Assembly (NCBI GenBank): GCA_964016885.1
Contig: OZ024741.1
Span: forward strand, 124,372,001 to 124,436,000
Source: Eledone cirrhosa
Taxonomy: Eukaryota
Direction of reading: 5' to 3'
Length of the DNA stretch: 64,000 nt
This document shows positions 13,350 to 29,375 of this stretch, in pieces (position 1 is the first letter of the stretch; each line of letters opens with the position of its first letter). Made by a program: the position numbers and the translations under genes. The notes beneath the pieces were generated by a model, which was given only the letters and a program-made list of their open reading frames with translations, had not been told where the DNA came from and searched no databases.

Positions 13350-14203
13350 ATATACACAACATTCTCCAGCATGGATGTCAGTATAAAGTTCAGCATGGAA
13401 CACCCCGATGACCGCGGATCCCTATCCCTACTGGACTTCCAACTCAGGGTAACAGAGGAAGCAACATCCACACCTGCTTCTATAAAAAAGCCGCCAGCAA
13501 GGACCTGTTCGTACATTTCAGATCGGCCCTCCCAACCGGCGCTAAGTTCGGATACATAAGGAACGAACTAACACGTATCCGGAACAAATGCACACACGCT
13601 AATGACCGAGACACACACACCACACATTTCCTGGAAGTACTCAAACTGAACGGATACACGACATCCACCACAAACCGTGCCAGAAAGAACAGAGGACACC
13701 ACACCCGAGGCACTAACACTTGCTTCCTGAAGCTCCCACACTTCAGTGAAGAAACAACAGCCATCCGCAGAGCTATCAGACGAGAGGGACTAGATATCCA
13801 ACTGGCCCACTCAGGTCCTTCTCTACGCGGACAGCTAACCAAAAGACACTCCACCAGACATGACAACTGCTGCAGACTAGCCAACTGCCCCATCAACGAC
13901 ACAGACCTATGCCACCAGGCTTACGTCGTATACAGACTAGAGTGTGACAAATGCAACAACTTCTACGTAGGTAGCACCACCAGACCACTCCACATAAGAA
14001 TAAAAGAACACCTCAATACTAACGCTTCCTCATTTAAGAAACACCTAGTTAAATCCCAAAACACCGACAAAACCATAACAGTTAGGATAGAAACTAAGGA
14101 AAGAAACCTCGGCAATCTTAGAATTAAGGAAGCACTAATTATAGACAAAACACAACCACCAATCAATAATAGACTAGAACTCAACACCCAATTTATAACT
14201 TGA
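13350..14203 (+). pseudogene. PLE-P1 RT C-terminus plus GIY-YIG endonuclease (frameshifted)
   Basis: SIKFSMEH...LSLLDF, FYKKA, LKLNGY, VVYRLECDKCNNFYVGSTTRPLHIRIKEH, RIKEALII...PPIN; stop at 14201-14203. Confidence 0.9.
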
Positions 14204-14221
14204 TAGAGCTTCTAGCCCCAT

Positions 14222-14307
<86 letters not shown>

Positions 14308-14819
14308 GCGCGCACACACGCACGTACACACATACACACACAAAACCAGTTCTAACTCGAGATAACATCTATCCCCCACATTTACGTACAGACATATCTT
14401 CTTACACTCACACACACATACTAACATACTTACACCTTCATGCATTCTCCAACACACTTTAAACAGGCATTATACAAAAAAACAACAAAAAAAAACCTTT
14501 TAAAGGGAGACTACTCTTTATCCACCTAATCTTAACTCTTTTACATTAGAGATAGAACAGATACTCTATACCATTTCCTGTCAGCATGACTTGGCAAGCT
14601 ATTTAGAACACTGGCTTAACAGCTTTACTTCCCTCTGAAGAAGAGATATTATCTCGAAGATTAAGGACATTTAAATAAATCTAAGGTAAAAGACTAATTG
14701 TCAACAACATCTTTTGCATTTGCATTCTTTATTCTATGTCCATACCTGCATTGTTTTGGCTTTATTATACATATACAAACGTTTATACACAATGGTTCAA
14801 GTGAACTATAACCTCCTCC

Positions 14820-17800
14820 TATATATATATATATATATATATAAATTCAAGTTTACGATTCTGGGTGTCCGCCTAAAACTAGCAAACCACCGGACCAACT
14901 CCTCAAAATTACATGTACATATTCAATATACACTTGGACAGGTAACGGTCGAAAAAGTTGTACTTTGCAAAGCAAGGAATTCATTTAAATTCAATTTATC
15001 TTATTTTCTAATGAATATGAAAAGAAATCATCCATTTTGTTTTTTTATGTTCTCCAGATAAGAAAGTGAGGGATGGGAAATAGAAAGAGAGAGAGAGTAA
15101 TGGATGAGAGAGAAAGACGATGAAAGAGAGAGAGGGAAAGTAACCAGCGTTCTTAACTTTTATTTATTTATTATTTTTACACACTTTTTAACTTTCCCGC
15201 TTCCTTAACGTTATTTATCTTTTCTTTATTTTTTATCTCTATTCCGTAGAGAGAGGGGGGATGTGAGAGAGAAATAAAAAGAGAGAGAGTAATGGGATGG
15301 GAGAGAGAGAGGGGGGGGGGAAGTGGTTAGCGTTCATTAAGTTTTATTTATTTATTATTTTTACACACTTCTTAACTCTCCCAATGTTATTTATCTTTTA
15401 TTTATTTTTTGTTTGCTATTGTGTAAGGATGAGAGAGAGAAAGAAAGAGGGGAGATGAGAAAGAGAAAGGGAGTGAGGCAGATGGGGAGAAAAAGACAGT
15501 AAGAAAAAAAAGTTTGGAGAGAGAAAAAAAAGTAAAGAGGCAGGAGAGAGGGATTCTTTAACTAACGTGTGTCCGCGTTTATATGTATATTTACACACAA
15601 ATGTGTGTGTGTTAAGGGAGGAAGGGAGGGAGGGGACGTTCGTTAGCAGACGATATATGTTACCATCAAAGCTTATTTTCTACATATGTCTAAAGAAATC
15701 ACAGCAGCTTTTATAGTAGTTGTATATATGTATGTATTTAACAGACGAAAAAAAAAAGGTATTTTTAAAAGATATTATTTGAATATATTATTTTTCGCTG
15801 TTATTTGAATTAACACAGACAATATTTTTTTTGTAGTGTTTGTCGTTTTTGGGGATACAATCTGAAATCCCAATATTTTCTACATAGGTCTAAAATTAAT
15901 TACACCTAATATACATTCATATAAAGAGATCATTTAAAACAACTTCACTGAGTGAACAATACATTCTATAGTTGTTTCTATTTCGGAAAGAGTGTGGTGT
16001 GTAATAATTGTTTCGACGTTTGGCACAAGGCCAGCAATTATTCCAGTGCATTACTGGTACTTTATTTTATCGTGTGGTGTGTAATAATATCACTTCAAAT
16101 GCCTAGAAAACGTTCCAGATCATTATATGGAAGGTCATCTTCAGAGGCTAAGAGAAAGTAAACACAGCGATCTGAAGAAAGTGAAGTTCGGCATGCCCGT
16201 CTAGCTGCTAACAGAGCCCAAACAGCTTTAGCACGAGCAAACCGTTTGGATGAAAGGGAACGAAGGACTGTTGCTACACGAGAACAACAAATTAAGGAAC
16301 AGCAGCAAATCAGACGAAATGCTAATCAAGCACATCGTTCTACTGCCCGACAGGAGAACAAGCCACAAGTAAAATGAACTGGCTGATGGGTGCTTTTTCT
16401 TATGACCCCCAAAAGGACTACAGCAGTAATCCACAAATCAACATTGGCAAAATGAACAAATGCTGTCAGTATTGTGGTTCCAAGAAGTGTGCAGCAAAAA
16501 TACCAAGTTTATGCTGCTCAAAAGGCAAAGTGAGCCTTAAAACAATACAAGAACCTCCTGAATTTCTGAGGAATCTGCTCCTTCAGCATACACCAGAAGC
16601 ATGACACTTCAATAAATACATCATAAAATATAATTCTGCCTTTCAAATGACATCTTTTGGGGCTGACAGGAATGTGACTGACTTTAGATTCTGTACAAAT
16701 AAAATTCAGGGACAGTGTTACCACTTAATGGGTGGCCTTCTGCCACTTTCACAGGAGCCTAACAGATTTGTGCAGGTTAAATTCATGGGTGGAATGAAAC
16801 ACAGGCACAACAAAGATGTACCAATGTCCATGGTGGATTGCAGTTCTACATAGTCATAAAGTTACAAGAAATGCTTCACCAACATCACATGTACGCCATG
16901 TATTTAAATATGCACTGGAGCATATGAACAACACCAGAGATCGTAAAATAATCATTAGGGCAGAGAAACGCCCAGCTTCAGAACATGAACGCAGATTCAA
17001 TGCACCTCTCACTGATGAAATTGCATTCATAATGGTTGATGAACAGCATGAACGGCGTGACATAGTTTTGCAAAAACGAAGTGGACATTTGGAGCGAATT
17101 TGTGAAACTCAGAGCCTATGATTCACTCCAATTAACCGCTCATCTTTTGGAATGGTCAAGATGAATATCATTTTCAGCTATGGTAGATCAGCCCAGGAAC
17201 AGGACAAGAGACTGGCCGATCAATCAGCTGCAAATAATTCTATGCTTATCATTTCATGGTTCGTGACCACTTCAAACAAATTCTGCGATTCAAAGAAGTA
17301 ACCAGCTAGTTCATGGTGGACATGTATGACAAAATTGAAACAGAAAGATTGGGTTTTCTGCGAAGGAATCAAACTAAGTTGAGGGCAGATAACTACATCC
17401 ACCTTAGAGATGCCATCAATTCTGATGTTGACCCAAGAAATATTGGCCATCACGCTTCACGGGAGGACCACGTTACATGCATGAATACATGCATGAACTT
17501 ACGCAAGATGCAATGGCCTATGTCAGAAAATTTGGTCGGCCAGATATCTTCATTACATTTACATGCAATTCAAACTGGTCAGAAATATCAAATGAATTAT
17601 TTCAAAATCAAAAACCAAAGGATCGACATGTCCTTATTGCTCGGGTTTTACATGAAAAGCCAAAAAAAAAAACTCATCTGGCTCCTAAAAGAAGGAAGAC
17701 CACTATTGAGTGACAGAAGAGAGGTCTTCCTCACTCTCACACACTAATCTGGTGCAAGGAGAAGGTAATACTAGATGATGTTGATAAGATCATTTCAGAA

Positions 17801-20800
17801 GAGTTGCCTGATAAAGGTGGTGATCCAGAGCTCTTCGAAACCATCAAGTCCAAACTCATTCATGGTACATGCGGAGTCATCAATCCAGCCTCTCCCTGCA
17901 TGAAAGATCAAAAATGCAGCAAACATTATCCTAGAGCTTTTATTCGGGAAACTCGGACTGACAATAATGGATACCCCCTTTATCGTAGGCGTAGACCAGA
18001 ACATGGAGGCAATACTGCAAGCTTAATAGTTCGAAGAGCGGAGCTGACCATAAACAATCAGTGGGTCGTCCCACACAACAAATTGTTGTGTAAACTTTTA
18101 AAAGCTCATATCATATGTTGAGTATTGCAGCTCCGTGAAGGCAATCCTATATGTCATAAAATATATCAACAAGGGCAGTGACATGGCTACGTTTATAACT
18201 GACAAAGAACTCAATGATGGTGGGCTGGATGATACATCTCCAGCAATGAAGCTATCTGGCGAATCTTTGGATTTGATATCCACCAATGCCATCCAAAAGT
18301 GGTCAACCTCTCAGTCCATCTGGAAAATGGACAGAGAGTCTACTTCACTGAGATCACTCTTCATCAGTTGGCACAAGTATCACATGACACTACACTAACT
18401 GCTTTTTTTAAACTCTGCCAGAATGATGAATTTGCTCGATCCCTCCTATATGCTGAAGTCCCAACATACTATACCTGGACCAATGCAAGACCTGCAATCG
18501 AAGAAAGCAGGGTCATTTAGTGGAAGGTCATGAAGTCAAGTCAAGTGATGCTATTGGCGTGTTTACAATGTTCATCCCAACAACAGAGAATGTTTTTGTT
18601 TACGGCTACTTCTGCATACTGTTCGAGGACCAACGTCATTTGAGGATCTTAGGTGCTTCAGAGGAAGGGAGTGCGCAACATACCAAGAAGCATGTAAACA
18701 GCATGGACTCATGCATGACAATGGACACTGGAGGAAGGGCCTAGAAGAAGCAGCAATCACTCAAGTAGCCAGTCAAATAAGACAATTATTTGCTATTATG
18801 CTCACATCATGTAGAATTGATGAAGGCCATCTACTCTGGCAGGAGTACAAAAAAAATATGTCGGACGACTATCTACACCTAGCCCGAAGACATCATGGCA
18901 ATATGTATATGGAATATACCGCCAGAATTTACAATCAAGCTCTCTGTGACCTGTCCCATTGAATTCAGGCAATGAATAGCACATTAGGTAACTGCTGGAT
19001 GCCAGAGCCAGATGGAGAAATGGAGGTAGCACAAGACATTTTTCAGGAGACAAACTACGATATTCAAGCATTGCGTAAGTTTGTGGATGAAAATGAACCT
19101 CGATTGATGGATGACCAGAAATACGTCTACCACAACATCATCGAAAACATTCAAAATGACAGGGGAGGACTTTTCTTCATCGATGCTCCGGGTGGCACAG
19201 GAAAGACATTCCTAATAAACCTCCTGCTTACAAAAGTTCGCCAAAAGCAACATATTGCCTTTGCTGTGGCTTCAAGTGGCATTGCAGCAACACTTCTGGA
19301 TGGAGGAAGAACTGCACACTCCATGTTTAAGCTGCCCATAGATCTCACACGGTATGAACAATCTTTTTGCAACATCAAGATCTCACCCAAGGGAAAGCTT
19401 CTGCAAACATGCAAGATGATAATTTGGGATGAAGCTACTATGAGCCATAAAGGAGAAATTGAAGCTTTGGACCGGACGATAATGGATCTGAGAGAAAGTA
19501 GTTGGATAATGGGAGGAGTGACAATGGTTCTTGCTGGTGATTTCAGATAAACTCTGCCTGTAATTCTTCGAGGGACTCGAGCTGATCAGGTCAATGCCTG
19601 TCTGAAAACATCCTATCTCTGGCCCCACTTTCAGCTGCTGAGCCTTACAACCAACATGCGAGTGCACTTAACTGGTGACGAAGGTGTCAGTGTGTTTGCC
19701 ATAAAACTACTTAAATTGGGAAATGGACTTCTTGAAAAGGACTCCAATGACCATATTCAGTTGTCATTTGGCCATATCCTTGACACAGAACAAGAACTGA
19801 TTGCCAGGGTGTTTCCAAAGATTCAGACCAGGCAATGTTATCCGAAATGGCTCCTCTGTGAACGAGCAATCTTAGCACCTAAAAATGTTGCTGTGAAAGA
19901 AATCAACAGAAGGCTGCTGGAGATGTTACCAGGAGAGAAAATATGCTACAAATCAGTTGACACAATCACTTCTCAAGACCAGGTTGTAAACTATCCAACT
20001 GAATTTTTGAACAGTCTTGAACAAGCGGGAATTCCTCCACACAACCCCTGATACTGAAGCTTGGAGCATCGGTTATGCTACTTCGCAATCTGGATCCTCC
20101 AAAACTTTATAATGGCACAAGACTCATCATCAAAAATATGATGTCCAATGTTCTAGAAGTTGCAATCATGTCAGGAAAATTTGCTGATGACAACTGTTTC
20201 ATTCCCAGAATACCTCTGAAGCCAACTGATTTTCCATTTGAATTTCAAAGAGTTCAATTTCCGATCAGGCTCAGTTTTGCCATGACGATTGATAAATCCC
20301 AAGAGCAATCATTGAAAGTCGTTGGGTTGAATCTGGCAGATCCTGTCTTTTCGCATGGTCAAACCTATGTTGGCACAACAAATGTTGGGAACCATGATTG
20401 TCTTTTCATTGTGGCACCACAGGGCAAAACCAAGAATGTTGTTTATCCAGAGGCTTTGGAATGAGCAATGTCGTAATTCCTTATTCAATGACAATACACA
20501 CAGATCCTAATTCCTCAGTCATGTAGTTTACAAGGAATTCTGAAGCGGCAAATTTACTGCATGGTGTTACTTTGGAAGAATATGCAGGCATTCCCGAGCA
20601 CTTCTGCTATATAAAGTAGTATAAGTGAGGACTTTGTTGGGTAGAAATAGCAGCCAAATCTCCTTCAAATCCCACCTTACTTTCTCAGGTATGTATATAT
20701 GTATGAAGCAAAACGGAATGGTTCTATGTGATAACTCGATCTACTAGAAATATTAGCAAAGTCCATTTCAAATTACAAACAACTGTCTTACACACATACA

Positions 20801-21421
20801 TGTGTGTGTATGTATCTATGTATGTCATGTGAGCCACTATAACTGTTGCTAATAGAACTAGAAAACAAATCTCCCCCAAACAAGATCCTACTGCCATAGA
20901 GGCAAGGATTGGTGAAAGCTACAGTGTACAAATTTAAATACACTTTCCCCGAATTACAGAAATGTGTAAGTAAATGCTTCATTCAATCATAAACCAATGC
21001 TAAATTTATTTTCTTATTTTATTTATGGTTTTTAAAATAGTCTTTGCATGTTGTTTGAATTTCAGAGGTTCAGATTGAGCAAAAAAAAAAAAGAAAGAAA
21101 GAAAAGGATAAATAAAAAAATATAAATGTATTGTTTTGGTCATGCCCTTTTCACTGACAACACACTTAATGATTCACCTATGAGTAAAGCATTATATATG
21201 CTGACTGTAATAGGGAGCAGTATTAAAAAAAAAACACTGGAAAAAAATAATATTTTTATCTAGATGATTTACTTTGACCAAACGGCAATAAATATTCTGC
21301 TATAATTCCTACTTTGGTTAAAATTCAGCAATCATATTTGAATGGTCAAATATTTTGTAATATGTGCCAAATATATTGTAACTTTCATAAAATATCCGGG
21401 TATCACCGGATACTGAGCTAG
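14820..21421 (+). mobile_element. Decayed autonomous Helitron
   Basis: RepHel pseudogene inside; 3' hairpin tatccgg/ccggata (21393-21412) followed by CTAG (21418-21421) and T; 5' end approximate, within a TA tract. Confidence 0.9.
16099..20464 (+). pseudogene. Helitron Rep/Pif1-helicase (RepHel) with multiple stops and frameshifts
   Basis: CQYC...CCSKGKV zinc finger; FGRPDIFITFTCN; KRGLPHSH (HUH); YVIKYINKG (Y2); DAPGGTGKTF; IWDE; GDFR; QFPIRLSFAMTIDKSQ; VFSHGQ; TKNVVYPEAL. Confidence 0.95.
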
Positions 21422-21429
21422 TATATATA

Positions 21430-22330
<901 letters not shown>

Positions 22331-22869
22331 AAAACCGCGTACACACACAAACAACAAATATTTGTGAAATTATCATATTTGCCGTTAAAATACACACTAT
22401 CTCTTATTGTCACGTTACGTTTACCATTTATTACACGATATCAACGTTTTGTCTTATTGATGCTTTTTTTCTTATTTAGAGGCATTATCTTTAAGCGGGA
22501 ATGTTATATTGTGTATATATGTATACGGCTTGGGATTTAAGAATTTTAATCATTTGAATAACGTAATGCTAGAAAAAGAACAGTAATGATATATTGCTTT
22601 TTATTAGTTGAGAAACAAGACATTCGTGCTATGTCACTTATCAGACTAAACACACACTCTTAAAATGGGAATTGTATATATGCATTAGAATTCCCATAAC
22701 GAGTTAGAAATGTTAATATCGTTAAAAGCATATAATTGAAATTGTTTAAATTCAATCTGCTGATATTAGAGACAGTGAAATATTTGTAGTATCTACGGAT
22801 ATATAATTTTAACACATCTCTGGCTAAACCAGAAAATAGAAATATTTGGTATTTTATGACAACTAATTC

Positions 22870-23075
22870 AGACGGTGATTTGTCAGAGTCAGTAGATCGT
22901 CGTAGAACACGCCTCATGCCATAGTTACGGGCCTTTACATTCTGAGTTCAAATCCCGTCGAGGTAGCTTTGTCTTTCAACCGATAAAATATCGATAAAAT
23001 AAAGTACCAGTAACTCACTGGGTCGATCTCATCGACATTCCCCTCCCGCAATATTGTTGTCTATGTGCCAAAATC
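22870..23075 (+). mobile_element. tRNA-derived SINE S1
   Basis: 'ggtgatttgtcagagtcagtaga' A-box-like, 'gagttcaaatccc' B-box, 'gataaaataaagtaccagt...actgggtcgat'. Confidence 0.65.
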
Positions 23076-23394
23076 AAAAACCATTTTACGACAACAGAAT
23101 GTGCAGTGAAGAGACGTGTCTTGATGGCTACCATGAAGTTCGAATCCCAGACGGAACGAAGTGTTATGTCTTTGAAAAAACATTTTATTTCACGTTGCTC
23201 TTTCTGCCAATAATTGCCACAGGTAGATAGTATCAGCAATAGAAAGACCAATGGAAGCATTGTTTCTTGTGTCCGATTGATGAGTTCAAGTTCAATCGGT
23301 AAGCGATGTGGCATCTTGATGATCAATTAAAAACTGAATGTGTATGGGGTTTTTTCCGTCGATTACGACTAGTGTTTCATTTACTTGATCAACT

Positions 23395-23660
23395 AAAGAA
23401 CCCGTTTGTGAAATTAACGTAGAAGTGACTGAGCATTCCATAGACACCTGTATCTATAACACATTTCTCAAGTAAACTGAACGCGATGGTGAGTGGCTTA
23501 GTTGACAGTTTGATGAACAGGTACAACTCATTTTTCCAGCTATATGGATTGCAACAACGTGAAATCGTGTCTTGCTCAAGGACGCTACGCCCAGCCCGTT
23601 CCTCGAATCGAACTCACTAATTTGCGATCCGAAGCCCAATACTTTAACCACAGACACACG
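23395..23660 (-). mobile_element. tRNA-derived SINE S3
   Basis: Minus strand 'gtggttaaagtattggg...gagttcgattc...tccttgagcaagacac...ttcacgttg'; homologous to 33890-34032. Confidence 0.65.
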
Positions 23661-24325
23661 TCTTCAGTACTAAATACCGAATACATATATAAATACAAAA
23701 TATAAATGCTTATGCCATTGCAACCAATATTTGAGCATGAGAATACAAAAAATTGATATCCTAAAATTGCATATTTTAAACGTGTATTTAATGCTTATTC
23801 AGATACGTAAGCTCATTGCCCTTGACCTTTTCAGACAATCTGATACTACTGGGAATGAGGACGATATTCATCCCTACACGGCAAAGTTTGTAACTGAGTA
23901 GTCACTATTAAGAGAATTCTAGGACCATGTGTTGGTGTTGTTATACCGGGCGAAGGATTATTCCTATCGTACAAATAGACCAAAGAAGTATTTTATACCC
24001 AGAATCTAAAGCCGGAGCACTAAGGAAACCGGTGGTGGAAAATGGTTTGACAATGTAATAAATCAGGACAATGACTTCATTTTATCAACAGCGAAAGTTT
24101 GAAAACAAATCTGAAATCAAAGCTCAATTAGTATTAGTTTGTTATTTATATATCTATAAAACTATATCTCAACATATATTAGGATTAGCAAGTCCAATAT
24201 TGAAAGTAGTTTTCAGACATTATCATAGAATATAATGATTGTCAGTCTAGCTTAAACTGCTTCTAAACATCGGGCATACATCCTATATACATATGTATGT
24301 ATGTGTGTCCACATACACACACACA

Positions 24326-24422
<97 letters not shown>

Positions 24423-24523
24423 CGACACACACACACACAAACATACATACATACATACATACATACATACATACATACATACATACATACATACATACAT
24501 ACATACATACATACATACATACA

Positions 24524-24554
<31 letters not shown>

Positions 24555-24848
24555 GTATATAGGATGATAATGTCTGTAAACTACTTTCAATAATAAACTT
24601 GCTGATCCTAATATATAGTTATTAATATTGAGATTTAGATTTATAGATATATAAATAACAAACTATTACTCTGAACCTCAATTCTTCTTTATGTCTTCCT
24701 TTATAACATTGCTGATAACATTATGTAATAAACGTGTAGGAGTTGATCTCTCTTAAAGTGACATAATGGTTTTCCAAATGTATGTGTGTATGTCCACATA
24801 TATACATGTATGTATATATATATATATTTGTGTGTGTGTGTATATATA

Positions 24849-24898
<50 letters not shown>

Positions 24899-24916
24899 TA
24901 TATACATATATATATT

Positions 24917-25074
<158 letters not shown>

Positions 25075-25359
25075 ACGGCGATAAATTAGTTTTGCGAGGT
25101 TTTTAATATGAAATTGTGTGTCGAAACAAATATTGTTATACTTGGGGAGGGTCATATTTGTGTAATATTGCCAGAATTAATAACAGAACACACTCACTGT
25201 TTGGTTTGTTTTCGCTTTTCGCTACTGTATCTTTTATATCGGTAATCTAATTTATTCGGTCCTCAATGTTGCCATTGACTGACCAACCGTCAAAAATACA
25301 GATACAATATACAAACACATATATTGTACCGATACAATATACAAACACATATATAGTTT

Positions 25360-25401
25360 ATCAAAGTTCTTTCGTTGCACATCTGCAACATCGTCAGTGA
25401 T
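25360..25401 (-). ncRNA. Minimal hammerhead ribozyme (F6)
   Basis: atca-CTGACGA-t-gttgca/gatg/tgcaac-GAAA-GAAC-TT-tgat. Confidence 0.75.
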
Positions 25402-26296
25402 GCTATTGTTTCCTCCCGTTACATTGTATTTTCTACGCCATCTTTATTTAGTCTGTTTATATATTTATTTATTTGTTTACTTTATTTTGTCTTCGTTGCG
25501 CATGCGTTTGCGTGTGTGTATAGTGTTTTGTTTGATGTGTGTTTGTGATTGGGTGACTGTGTATTGGTTAATGTATTCTATCTTTACTAGTGTGTGTTTA
25601 TGTGTTTATTGTTATTGTGCTTGTGTATGTATTTATTTATTTATTTATCTATTTATTTATTTATACTTCTCTTAGGTCAGTGTTGTTTGTTTGGGTGTTG
25701 TTGTTATTCCATTCATTTTTCCTGTTTAGCCTTGGTCTTCTAAGTTCTATTTCACTGGCCTCTCTGATTTGCCTATCTGCTGGGTCATTTCCATGTTTAG
25801 ATATTATTCTAATTTCTATGTTGTCTATGTTACCGTCGTGTTGTTGTCTGGCATGTTCGTATAGCACTGAACCGATTTTTCGCCCTTTTAGTTCCCCCCA
25901 GTGTTGGTCTATCCTTTCACACCTATGCTACGAGCTGTCTCGCCTATGTATGTTGTTGTCATGTTTCTGAAATTACGCTCTGTACATCTTATGCTGAGCT
26001 AAGAGAAGTATAAGACTGACCTAAGAGAAGTTAATAAATAAATAAATAGATAAATAAATAAATAAATACATACACAAGCAGAATAACAACAAACATATAA
26101 ACACACACTAGTAAAGATAGAATACATTAACCAATACACAGTCACCTAATCACGAACACACATCAAATAAAACACTATACACACACGCAAACGCACGCGC
26201 AAAGAAGACAAAATAAAATAAACAAATAAATAAATATATGAACAGACTGAATAAAGATGGCGTAGAAAATACAATGCAACGGGAGGAAACGATAGC

Positions 26297-26338
26297 ACCA
26301 CTGACGATTTTGCAGATGTGCAACGAAAGAACTTTGAT
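26297..26338 (+). ncRNA. Hammerhead F6, inverted copy
   Basis: CTGACGA 26301-26307, GAAA 26325-26328; stem mismatches. Confidence 0.6.
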
Positions 26339-26554
26339 AGACTATATATATGTGTTTGTGTCTATATTGTATCTGTATTGTTGACCGTTGGTCAGTCAAT
26401 GGCAACATTGAGGACCGAATAAATTAGATTACCGATATAAAAGATACAGAAGCGAAAAGCGAAACCAACCAAACAGTGAGTGTGTTCTGTTATTAATTCT
26501 GGCAATATTACACAAACATGACCCTCCCCAAGCATAACAATATATATATATACA

Positions 26555-26697
26555 TATAACGAAGGAAATGTGGTAAGGAACCAGGTGGACCATAACGCAC
26601 CAAAGTACTCAATACTTGAGGTAGTAGAGTGGATAATAGGAACCAGTAAGACCCCGACAGCTGAGCTCAAGCCGTTTCGACGGCTAATTCTGGACTC
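26555..26697 (-). mobile_element. ~140-bp Naiad-3 tail remnant carrying the 3' half of HHR F12
   Basis: Homologous to the reverse complement of 59325-59465; same boundaries as 38997-39135 and 43073-43212; last 30 bp repeated at 26869-26897. Confidence 0.8.
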
Positions 26698-26706
26698 TAT
26701 ATATAC

Positions 26707-26871
<165 letters not shown>

Positions 26872-26897
26872 CCGTTTCGACGGCTAATTCTGGACTC

Positions 26898-26964
<67 letters not shown>

Positions 26965-27079
26965 ATAATAATAAATTTGAAGACTAAAATCCAAAGAGAG
27001 CTCGATAAGGATAAATATATATCAAATATATAAGAACCGTAGAGCAAATATATATATATATATATAACCAACCTATACT

Positions 27080-27136
<57 letters not shown>

Positions 27137-27213
27137 CATATATATATTTATATATACATATATATACATATATATATACATATATATACATATATATATA
27201 CATATATATATAC

Positions 27214-27304
<91 letters not shown>

Positions 27305-27448
27305 AATATTGAGTATAGGTTGGTTGTTTACCGACAACTCAGTATGCAGAAGAATAACAACACAACCAGGAGCTGGACATATCGATGTATTGACGGAATA
27401 AAACACACTTCAACAACACGTGTACCTGTCTTTCCCACACCAATTCGG

Positions 27449-27503
27449 ACTACCTGAAGAGGTCACAGCCAATGATGGCTGTCACCGAAATATATATAGC
27501 AGT
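27449..27503 (+). ncRNA. Type I hammerhead ribozyme (F7)
   Basis: actac-CTGAAGA-ggt.c.acagcca/atga/tggctgt.c.acc-GAAA-T/ATAT/A-TA-gcagt, within the TA-flanked remnant 27305-27565. Confidence 0.8.
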
Positions 27504-27582
27504 ATATCTATAATTTATAATAAACGAAGCCAAATTTTACATATTTGATATAATTATTTTATTTTATATATATATATATATA

Positions 27583-27650
<68 letters not shown>

Positions 27651-29136
27651 GAGAGAGACAGAGAGAGAGAAAGGAGGGGGAAATAAATATATATATAAAT
27701 AAATAAATAAGAAAGAAAGAAAGAAATTTAGATATGGGTAGTTCTAGTTTGCGAACTTTCATTTTCATGCTGATGTTTTTCTTTTCATGATGAAGTTGAT
27801 GAAATTTCTAAGATTTCTGTTATATAAAGCCATCTGTTGTCTTGATTAGTGTAATTGAATTAAACAATTTTCATCCATTATACAATTTATGAACCTCAAT
27901 TCTTCGTTATGTCTTCCTTTATAACATTGCCTATAAAATTATGTTATAAACGTCTAGGGGTTGATCTCTCTTAAAGTGAGATAATGGTTTTCCAAAGCAT
28001 CCCGATTGAATCTCGGATCTTTTGATGTTTTCATTTTTATTCGTTTCGAAACCAATATCTGTACACTAACCGGTTCATCGAAGCGTTAGGAAGTATGCCA
28101 ATTAGCATTTGTAAATTCAGATTCCGGAAATCATGATGTATGTTCGGCAATATTAAAGAGTGTATTTAAAGTATCCAAAGTTCCACACCTTAACATATAT
28201 GATTATTATTAACTGCATTTAGTACCTCGATAAATTATATTACACGACCATTCGCTGAATAACGAAACTGCTCAGGCATGAATATGAAGTTGCACATAAA
28301 TATTTATAAGAATACTAAGCCAGTTGGTGGAAAAGGGGTTTATACCAATGAATAGGTTTAAAGGTGATACTGTGTATGATCCATACTCATCTAACCTTTT
28401 ATGAAATTTGCCTTCTTTTATATAAATGTCTGATTGATATTTGGAGAAAGGAATAACACTGTAGATACAAAGCCGTTATTACCTATATAAGACTGATATG
28501 TGTTATGAAGTAGTTTATAATGGCAATTTGAATATTTTGTTGAACCTTTTCGAGGGATGGATTGCGAAAATTAGTACAGCATTGAATAAAGTGATGTTGC
28601 GTATTTGTTATTGATCTTTACATTCTGATTTCAACTCTCGCGAGGATCAACTTTACATTTTGTCCTTCCAGGATCGATAAAATGACGCATCAGTTAAGTA
28701 CAGTTTTACATATAAATTAGCAGTTGTGTATATGTCTGGTCCAGTCCTATTAATGTCTAACATTATCTTCGATATTCTCAGAACCTAAGAATATGAATTG
28801 AACAATTTGTGTTTAAAATATAGTCCTTGAAATGTCGCAAGAACAGCTTTGCATGATTGTAGGTTAATGCTTTAATCAATATATAACACCTCATGTTTCA
28901 CTTTACTGAAAAGCAAGCATTAATGTCGTAATCTTCCATGATGCTTCTGGAGATTGAGTAACGTATGTGGAGATAAACATTCATCAACTTAGAAACAAGT
29001 AGGTCATGAAATCTATGATCCATTTTGTCAATCATTTTACGTGATCGCGTTGGTATAACTCTATCTTCCTATCTCTCTATCTTTATATATAACATGTTAT
29101 CCATGTGCAACCAGCAGTATTCTTCTCCCCCATATT

Positions 29137-29175
<39 letters not shown>

Positions 29176-29288
29176 AAAAGAGTCAGGACCCCGACGGCTA
29201 AGTATCGAGTATATGTGCGTTATGATCAACCTGGTTCCTTACCACACTTTCTTTGTTTATATATATATATATAATATATATACATATA

Positions 29289-29375
<87 letters not shown>

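Larger units (their letters stand above)
12325..14819 (+). mobile_element. Penelope-like element P1, 5'-truncated, with ~1-kb inverted 3' copy
   Basis: 12325-13313 is the reverse complement of ~13768-14787; the direct part encodes RT thumb and GIY-YIG; TA-flanked. Confidence 0.9.
25076..26545 (-). mobile_element. Penelope-like element P3 3' portion with inverted duplicate
   Basis: 25135-26000 is homologous to 54105-54925 (GIY-YIG C-terminus RQIREASEIELRRPRLNRKNEW); 26010-26545 is its inverted copy. Confidence 0.85.

Noticed and set aside
25120-25145. GAAAC-AAATATTG-TTA as the 3' half of a hammerhead
   Set aside because: No CUGANGA or stem I partner, and it is antisense to the element, whose HHR is at 25360-25401
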